Assembly: GCA_000934665.2 (NCBI GenBank)
Contig: JYFJ02000634.1
Span: forward strand, 62,001-117,775
Length of the DNA: 55,775 nucleotides
Reading direction: 5' to 3'
Source of the DNA: Catajapyx aquilonaris
Lineage: Eukaryota
Part shown: piece after piece, positions 48,601 through 55,775 of the stretch
How the letters are laid out: every line of letters begins with the position of its first letter
How positions within the stretch are numbered: position 1 is the first letter of the stretch
Program-made: the position numbers and the translations under genes
The notes under the pieces: generated by a model
The model's input: only the letters and a program-made list of their open reading frames with translations
Told to the model about the DNA's origin: nothing
Database searches by the model: none

Positions 48601-51600
48601 CATATCTCAGAATGACGGTTTTGTGGCTTAGCACATTATGGCACTAACCCCTTCAATTTACTACTCATGAAGTCTCCTTTCTGAAAACAAATTTGTGGAA
48701 TTTCTGTCGTACTACTAGCTACTTCTAACTTAGCAGTACCAGTGTAGTGCAATGGTATACTGCTAAGTTAGCAGTAACTACAGACCTATAGTTAATAGTA
48801 ATGGTAGTACGACGAAATTTCCACCCATTAATTTTCCATGAGCCACTCCATATTAGTGTTTTATGAAATTAGGAACTTCAATATTAAGCGCATTGAATTT
48901 CTATGCGATTATGCAAATAATTGCTATGAAACATTTATGCAGAATCGTCACCTCTTTTAGATGCTGATTTTAACTCTAACATTTAATTTTTCACATATAA
49001 ACGTTAATTGGTGAATTTTAGAGGGTCTTTTTCGATTGGACCAAGTCTGTTAGAATGGGTTTAGTTTTCCCCCCATTTTTTTTTCCCTTTCATAATAAAA
49101 TCCTACCTACTGCTCTGAGTAGTTTGCAGCAGTCATTTTACGAGACGTTCCATACCGTACCTGAGAATTGCTTGAGTAAGACCTATGGTACAGCTTAAAT
49201 CAATTGGTGAAGGTCTTACGTGCGCCTGCCTTGTTTCAGTACTTTTATTCCGCCGCGGAGGTCTTACTTCTCTTTTTTTTTTACTGAAGGGAAAGGTTTT
49301 GATCTAATTTCAGTTCTTTTTTGACAGTAGGGCCTACACATAACTTATGCTCTACATACACTATACAGTCTGCACTATGAATCCATTGGAGACGATTTTC
49401 GTCGCTTAGAAGTTCCTAAAATTATTTTCACAGAGATAGTCGTAAAAAAACGAAAGTCGAGTGCTACCAGCCAACGGTTAGTCTGATTTAATTAGTCTGG
49501 CTTAATAGTACAGTTGAATCCGGATAAAACAAACTTCAAGAGACTGCGGAAAAAGTATGTTATAACCGAGGTCTGTTATAGCCGAATCGTCACGCAACGA
49601 AAACATAAATTTCTGATTTCCATATGGATGTACTATGCACTACTAGACTACATACCGATTAATGAAATCAGTCACAAATGCAATATTGGCTCACCCGAAA
49701 ATTATGCAGGACCAAATTATCCGAAGTTTCCTTCTGCCGTCTCCTTTTTGCAAATTTTATACCTGGAAAACAATACTGTATTTTCCCACCGAGGGTTTAA
49801 GAAATGGTCTGTTATACCGGAGGTGAGGTGAAAATGAGTCTGTTACATCAGGAGTGCAAATACACAGTGCCTAATGGAAGCATGCCGGGACGGCCTTTAT
49901 AACCAAGTCTGTTATAGCCGAGGCTGTTATATGCGGATTCAACTGCAAATCTGTAATAAGTGCAATGCGTTCACACCAGCGCCAGGGTAACATTTGGCTA
50001 ATAACAATATGGCTAGTGGGTAAACAAGATTGTCGTTTCTAGGTGATGGGATTATGAACAAGTGAATTAATGACAGAAAAATAACAGGTAAAAAAATCAC
50101 AGCTCCAATCCTGTAGCAGTGGGAACTGTGATATTTTGAACATAGATCCGCACCATCCCACTGCACCTTCGACCTTTTGATGAAGGAACGGAATTCCGAA
50201 TAGTTATTGAGCAAAAAAATATAGACGTATTTTTAGGTGGGTTTAACTTTTTTGCGGCGTTTTGAAGAGGAATTGAGTTTAGCCGTAAATGGTAGGAATG
50301 CACTTCACGACGGTGGGCATCTGTGTCCAAAATTTGGAAGCTCTACCTACAGCAGAACTTGAGTTAGGGCGAATAAAAAAAGCGTAACAACAAGAAGAAG
50401 AAGAAGAAGAAGAAGAAGAAGAAGAAGATGTTGAAGAAATTCATTGTTGAAATCTATGCTACGGTCTTACTTAAGGGCTATCGCCCTTAAAATAAAAATT
50501 ACAGTGAACAGGTCGTAACTGACGTCATAAAAAATGATATGTAAAAAGTGTGCTTCTATCCTCGTCTCCCATATGGGAAGGCCATGTTTCATCACGTTTT
50601 ACATTAATTACCCAGAATGGCAACATATTTGAAGAGAAAAAATCGCACAAATTTCAATAACACACATGGCTGCGATGCTTGTGAGTCCAGCCATGCAATA
50701 GGCACACTCTTTGTTTCTCTTGGAGAATTTAGTATTGTTTTACAACGTTTCATGGTATGACTCAGTTTTGCTAGAACCAAACCGCATTGTTAAACAGAGG
50801 CTACCTCTATATTGTCGCAATATGCAATCCATATGCAACACATTATTAGATTAGCAAAAAAAAAAGATTAAGGCACCTTTCTGCCACATCTGCTCAAGGG
50901 CATCAGCCAGCTCGACGTTGGTGACCTCCTCAGAGTCCTGGAACTTCAGGAAGCCGTCCCCTCCGTGACCTGTCATGTAGACCAGGACATTGGAGCCTGA
51001 GTCAGTCAGGAGGCGCTTCGACCTGGGGGTGGACGGAGCATGGCGTCCGGTCAAAAGGCGGACAAAGTTCTCCACAGTCACCTCGTAGCCCCTGAAATGT
51101 TACAAGTGCGTCACGTTACTCGCATCTCCTGAGAATAATGCAAACTGTTGAATTTTGGATTCCAGAGTTGTAAGCATGGTCCTTAAAACAATGGTGAAAA
51201 ACCTGCTTTATGTACTAAGCGGTTTAGTATGAAATAGTCCCTACAGGGCCGGATGCAAATTATAGTTAAGTCCTCCCCAGGCACCAAATGCCCTTGGTAC
51301 GCCACTGCCGCAGAATCTGCTGGTGCAATACGCCAAAGTAACTTCACCTTTTGGCCCGGACATTGCAAAATGAGCTGCCAAAATATTATACAACATGACA
51401 TGATTTGTAGGACCAGGATAGTCTTCACTTTACTTTTTCGCATCTGGAATATTCCTGAAGCCGCACAATGGCTCACTGCCGCGTGGCTTACGGCTCCACG
51501 ACTGGGCGGCGGCCGCCGGATTCCGGCAATGAGCCAAGCGGTGTGGGTTCCGGAATCTTGCGGAATGCGCCCACCACAATTTTATTGTCGATGACGTTCA

Positions 51601-52699
51601 CCATGTCGCAGGAGCACAAAGCTTCCATGCTCTCGCAGATTGGCCATAAAATGCCGGATGAACCGTTCTCCAGGGTGTTCCTGTATGCGTACAACCTTGC
51701 AGTACGTGCGGCGACCTCTCCGCAACTAGCATGGAGCACAACCATGTCCCACATCTCCGAATTCGGATATGCTGGACACATGGCTGCTTGAATGGCATTC
51801 GAATTTGTTCAAATCGATCTTAATTTGTTTTGTGTTGTTTAATCCCTAATTATCAACTGCTGTTATTTCCGATTTCTGATTCCAACAACTGGTTGCTAGC
51901 CACGGACATCGTGCAGTACTTCCGTCAGATGTAAGAAGACCGTAACTCAAAAACCAGTAAGGGTGAAAGTCGCATGCATGTCCTGGACTAATCCCTACTG
52001 ACTCAGAGGGGATTAGCGCAGGGCGTGCATGCGACTTTCACCGTTACTAGTTGTTGAGTTACGGTCTTCTTACATCTGACGGCAGAGTATGTCTGCATGC
52101 CCACGAGCTACTGCCATCCAGGTACTTTACTTAATGTCTTAATCATAGGGACATGAAATATTCTTGGAAAATGCTGTCACTAAATATGATCGTGGAAGTG
52201 GACGGGTTAATGAACCTGTAGTCGACTTCGACGTCGTCCCCGTACACGTTGATGTGCTCGTTTGCATTGTTGAACACGGTGGCCGGCCTGGGGTTCCTTG
52301 GGTTGCAGGCCATGTCGTCCGCAACCATCAGGATGATCTGCGAGTCCGGGATCCCCAGTCGCCGCACCTGAAAAGCCGGGCCAACAGCGGCTGAGTTTCT
52401 GTCCTCCTTGTTGAGGAGGAGGAGGACACAGTGTGGTGGGGCATGGATGCTTCCTCCAACGGGGGGCATATACTCACGCTCCTGTACATGGAGAGAACGT
52501 TGGCTACATGTCGGTAGTTGAACCAGAAGCGCGACGTGTCCACCAGCACAGCCCAGTTGTTGGTGTGTCTGGAGGAGGAGGAGGAGGAGGCGAACTCCTC
52601 CGGGATGCCGTCCTCCTGGACCGACGAGGCACGGCTTCCCAAGGCGGCAGCCGAAACGAGGAGAAGGAAGGAGAAGAACGCCCCTGGCCCGGCCGCCAT
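45626..52699 (-). CDS. PIGK: GPI-anchor transamidase catalytic subunit (PIG-K/GPI8, peptidase C13), 358 aa
   Basis: Exons 52478-52699, 52216-52367, 50877-51091, 46680-46912, 45626-45880 (1077 nt, phases 0/2/1/0). Motifs [69 protein letters not shown] (catalytic His), DTCQA (catalytic Cys), [16 protein letters not shown]. Confidence 0.96.
46172..46462. mobile_element. Non-autonomous TIR element with 8-bp TSD (hAT/P-like)
   Basis: TIR caaagagttctgcta...tagcagaactctttg; atggcgac duplicated at 46164-46171 and 46463-46470. Confidence 0.85.
47670..48225 (+). mobile_element. Internally deleted mariner transposon relic
   Basis: TA-flanked TIRs cgagggggg.ttcataaagttc / gaactttatgaagtccctctcg; peptide [20 protein letters not shown] matches the mariner first-D motif, then C-terminal remnant FY.DG...V..WEKC. 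Confidence 0.85.
48258..49308. mobile_element. Element with ~140-bp near-perfect terminal inverted repeats, containing a nested MITE (48402-48658)
   Basis: 48258-48398 is the reverse complement of 49166-49308; nested TIR aattgaaggggttagtgcc...ggcactaaccccttcaatt. Confidence 0.8.
49511..49947. mobile_element. Pogo/Tigger-like MITE
   Basis: cagttgaatccg...cggattcaactg ends with internal ttataaccgagg repeats; inverted partial copy at ~46933-47110. Confidence 0.7.
50391..50427. repeat. (AAG)n microsatellite
   Basis: Pure AAG run. Confidence 0.9.
51917..52089. mobile_element. Palindromic MITE
   Basis: ccgtcagatgtaagaagaccgtaactcaa...ttgagttacggtcttcttacatctgacgg, TA flanks. Confidence 0.8.
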
Positions 52700-52832
52700 C
52701 TTTGTTTGGAAGGAAACGGGCCCGTTCCCACGCACGGACACTAGGAACTGTTCGGAGGTCGCGTTCGGACCCGCGAAACAGTTCGGCGGGGAGTTCAAAC
52801 GGATTGAGACAGTCTATATATTTCAATAAAAA

Positions 52833-53060
52833 GGCGACACGGTGGCGGAGTGGTTAGCGCCACAGCCTTCCACCTCTAAGGTCCCGAGATCGATCCCCGG
52901 ATCGGACAGAGTATATGCTTATGTGGATATAGTTTCGATGGGTTCTCTCCGTGTTCGCGTGGGTTTTCTCGGGGGTTCTCCCGTTTCCTCCCGCAATCAA
53001 AATCCATCACAGCGCAGGCAATGATTACAGTCGGTCATTTAAAAGATGATCCCCTAAAAA
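52833..53060 (+). mobile_element. tRNA-derived SINE (second family) just upstream of PIG-K
   Basis: A-box ggtggcggagtggttag, degenerate B-box gatcgatccc, core gcgtgggttttctc...ctcccgtttcctccc; 3' end approximate. Confidence 0.75.
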
Positions 53061-55494
53061 CTTCAACGAGGCTTATCACCACTGTCATCTGTTGTGGCCC
53101 CGCCAGGCAGGGTTCGTGGTCCCGCAGGATATTTTCAGGTAATGCGGAGCTGGGCGATTATTGTGGGTTTCGTATCCGCAACATTTACAGTGCTGTCCGT
53201 CTTGTGGCGGCGGAGGCCAACGAACGTTATTGTGGCTTTGCCAACTTTCCAATTCCCTGCTGATCCCACCGCTGATATCTTGTTTGCTTGCTCCTGGAGG
53301 CTCATGCGACTCCGCCAAATAAGTCGCAAGAGTTTACTCGAACCTATCCGCTGAAAATGATAATAAGTTGCTAGATCCGGATCCAAGATGACGGCACAGT
53401 TAGAAAGTGGGACTGAAAGTAGCAGCGTATATGACAGCTTTCTGAATATTCGGAGGCTCAGATTGAATCAGTTGGCAGACCTGTATTGGCGGGTAAGGAA
53501 ATAGGTGGCGGTTAGGATTTCTGGCGGGAAGGGAAAGTGGCGGTAATGGCTTATGGCGGTAAAGGTAATTTGCGGGAAGGACTTGCGAGGGTAATAATAA
53601 GGCAGGCGACGCCAGCCACTACGCCCCCCGGCCTGATGGATTAGTGCCGTGACCAAAAGGTGGCAGCACTCACCTAGGGCCCGTCCCTCTTTCCGCCTTG
53701 ACCAAAAGGTGGCAGTGAGGGGCCCTTCCCCTTCCGGAGCGTTCCGGAGGCGAAAAAAATAAGGATATTATTATAGGGGGATGTAATTATTATTCCTGTA
53801 ATTAATGGAGATACAGGGTGTAACAAAAGTTTCCGCCGCTACTTCCGACTCAATGACTTATGGATGACGTAATCGTAGATTAAAAAATCCATATCTCACC
53901 AACGGCTCGTGTTAGCCCTTTGCTTCATAATATATCATTCGAACCGCATTGAAAGGCCGCTCTCGCCAGATCCACTGCGCAGCTCCCATAGTCTAGGCCA
54001 TGCGCAGCATAACAGCTAGAACTATTTCTGTGCGGCTACTCGGGAATCATAAAAAACGTTGCGGTGAAGTTTACGGGTTCAAAGAACGATTACACGAAAA
54101 ATATTGCTTAGAAGCCAATCTAATTAATTGCTAAATTTCCCATAGTTGTGATAAGCTGATGGATGCCGAAAACCGCATTCCTTTAGGATTGATCGATTCT
54201 GTGCAAAAAAAATAATTAAAGTGGGTGTCCGTAAATCACGCACACTTCGCGTCGGGCAGAGGGTTAATAATTTTTTAATTAACATAAGGTGTCTATATAT
54301 GCTGAGTTAAACATGTATTCAGACATGGAAGGATGTAAGGTGTGTTAATATATTCAGTATGCATACCATTAATTTGTCTCTCCAAAGACTGAGCTATACA
54401 CCTCTTCCCAAACTGTCCACAAGTTTGAATGTACATCTCGTGTGACAGTTGTTCATTCCTGGTCAACTCTCTTATTAACTGGTCATGATTTCTTGGCCTG
54501 GCTTGCTTACAGACGCTGTCTAACACCTGGCCCACAATTATCAGACATTGAGAACAAAGCACTTGCAAGGAATCTTCACGTCCAACACTTGCATTGCACA
54601 CCTCTCATGAGCACGGAAGCAGAGTCAGTGGATGAGGATATGGATGGGAAAATCAGTCACACAAGGGATTATGGGAGTACAATATCAACATAAAAGATGA
54701 CAGGTGACTTTAAAAAACTGAGAATTTCCCTTGTATATTATTGACTACGGCAGAAACCTCTTGCTACACCCTGTATTAAATGGAAGAATGCGAAGCGTAT
54801 AAAAATATAGGGTCGGTTATCGTGTTTTTCCCTTTGCGGAAGTGTCTGAAAACGTGGCATGTTGGTTATCATGTAGCCCGTGTTGCCGTCTGGTGCATGA
54901 TATGTGAACTTTGAGTATGCCAAAATGTTTGCCATGTCTTTTACATAGTTGCTAGGTGTTTAGTTCAAAAATGACAAAAATAATTTCAGTTATCATGTAT
55001 TTCCCCCACACACCTCATTTCAGGTCATTCAACACACATTCAGGCTCCGTGTTGACCAGTTTGAATCCCAGGTCAGGTAACCGTAAAATAAAGGTGTGCA
55101 GAAGCCAGTCTTTCGCGAAATTTAAGTTCCGAAATGGCGACATGTGCAGCAGTGTACTAATGTCCTATACAATTATCTAAATATGGAAAGTACAGTACAT
55201 GACGAATATCAACAGACAACAACAAAGCAGATACTTTACCTTTTTATAACCCATTAAATAACCATTAGTTGGACCATGGAGGATTACGGCTACGTGTTGT
55301 GGCAAGTACATAATATCGTATTATATAACATTAATACCTTCTGCGAACCGTGGTTGCTCCATCAACTAAGTTATTCCTAAATCCACTGCGGCACTTCACC
55401 CCAACTGGTAATTAGGGATTGATTTCAGTGCCAATCCGTGGAAACAACATTTCGAGGCTTAGCTGACATTAATTGCCAGCTGTAGCCAGACATT

Positions 55495-55773
55495 TCATAG
55501 AAATGCCTCGGCAAGCGACTGCTGGAGGGGCAATTTGGGACTTGAATATTCAAGTGTGTGAGGGGACACCAGGTGTGCTTGGGCCACGTCGTCAGCGTCA
55601 GTTGGTGGATCTAACATGTTCGGGTTGCAAGTGCTGGTCCTTAGCTCCGTGGCCATGGCCATGTTTGGTGGCCACACCTCATCATCATCATCACCATCAG
55701 GTGTTGGGAAGAACGTGTCTGGTCTGATGGGAGAGCAGGAGAAGAGGAAGGGTGGGGAGGAAGGAGAGTGGTG
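55495..55773 (-). CDS. Possible 3' coding end of a gene entering from the right edge
   Basis: Frame open from the window edge to TGA at 55495 (..PDGDDDDEVWPPN...SLAEAFL*); no recognisable motif. Confidence 0.3.
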   Translation of the reverse strand, partial: HHSPSSPPFLFSCSPIRPDTFFPTPDGDDDDEVWPPNMAMATELRTSTCNPNMLDPPTDADDVAQAHLVSPHTLEYSSPKLPLQQSLAEAFL

Positions 55774-55775
55774 GG

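Overview
Eukaryotic, intron-rich, repeat-dense DNA, probably arthropod, judged from para-like motifs, 50-70 nt GT-AG introns, tRNA-SINEs, MITEs and a mariner relic. Three genes can be assembled by hand. (1) On the minus strand (about 41.7 kb to 17,014) is an intact but extremely divergent four-domain voltage-gated sodium-channel-like gene with 17 coding exons and about 1,650 aa. Its N- and C-termini resemble insect para/Nav1, but its pore reads D-R-E-F/G instead of DEKA. It has lost most of the acidic outer ring, has basic residues in S6, has degenerate DII and DIV voltage sensors, and has MFHQ in place of the MFMT inactivation motif. It also has two candidate alternative first exons, each carrying the Nav 'FRPxT' motif. 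(2) A six-exon secreted coiled-coil plus fibrinogen-domain gene (plus strand, 19,748-21,682) is nested antisense in the channel intron between the III-IV linker and domain IV, bracketed by arrays of the same hairpin-forming ~84-bp repeat. (3) A five-exon GPI-transamidase catalytic subunit, PIG-K/GPI8, lies on the minus strand (52,699-45,626). The first ~16.7 kb is mainly repeats with no recognisable protein. All protein alignments were done by eye against remembered para/Nav, FReD and PIG-K motifs; no searches were run.
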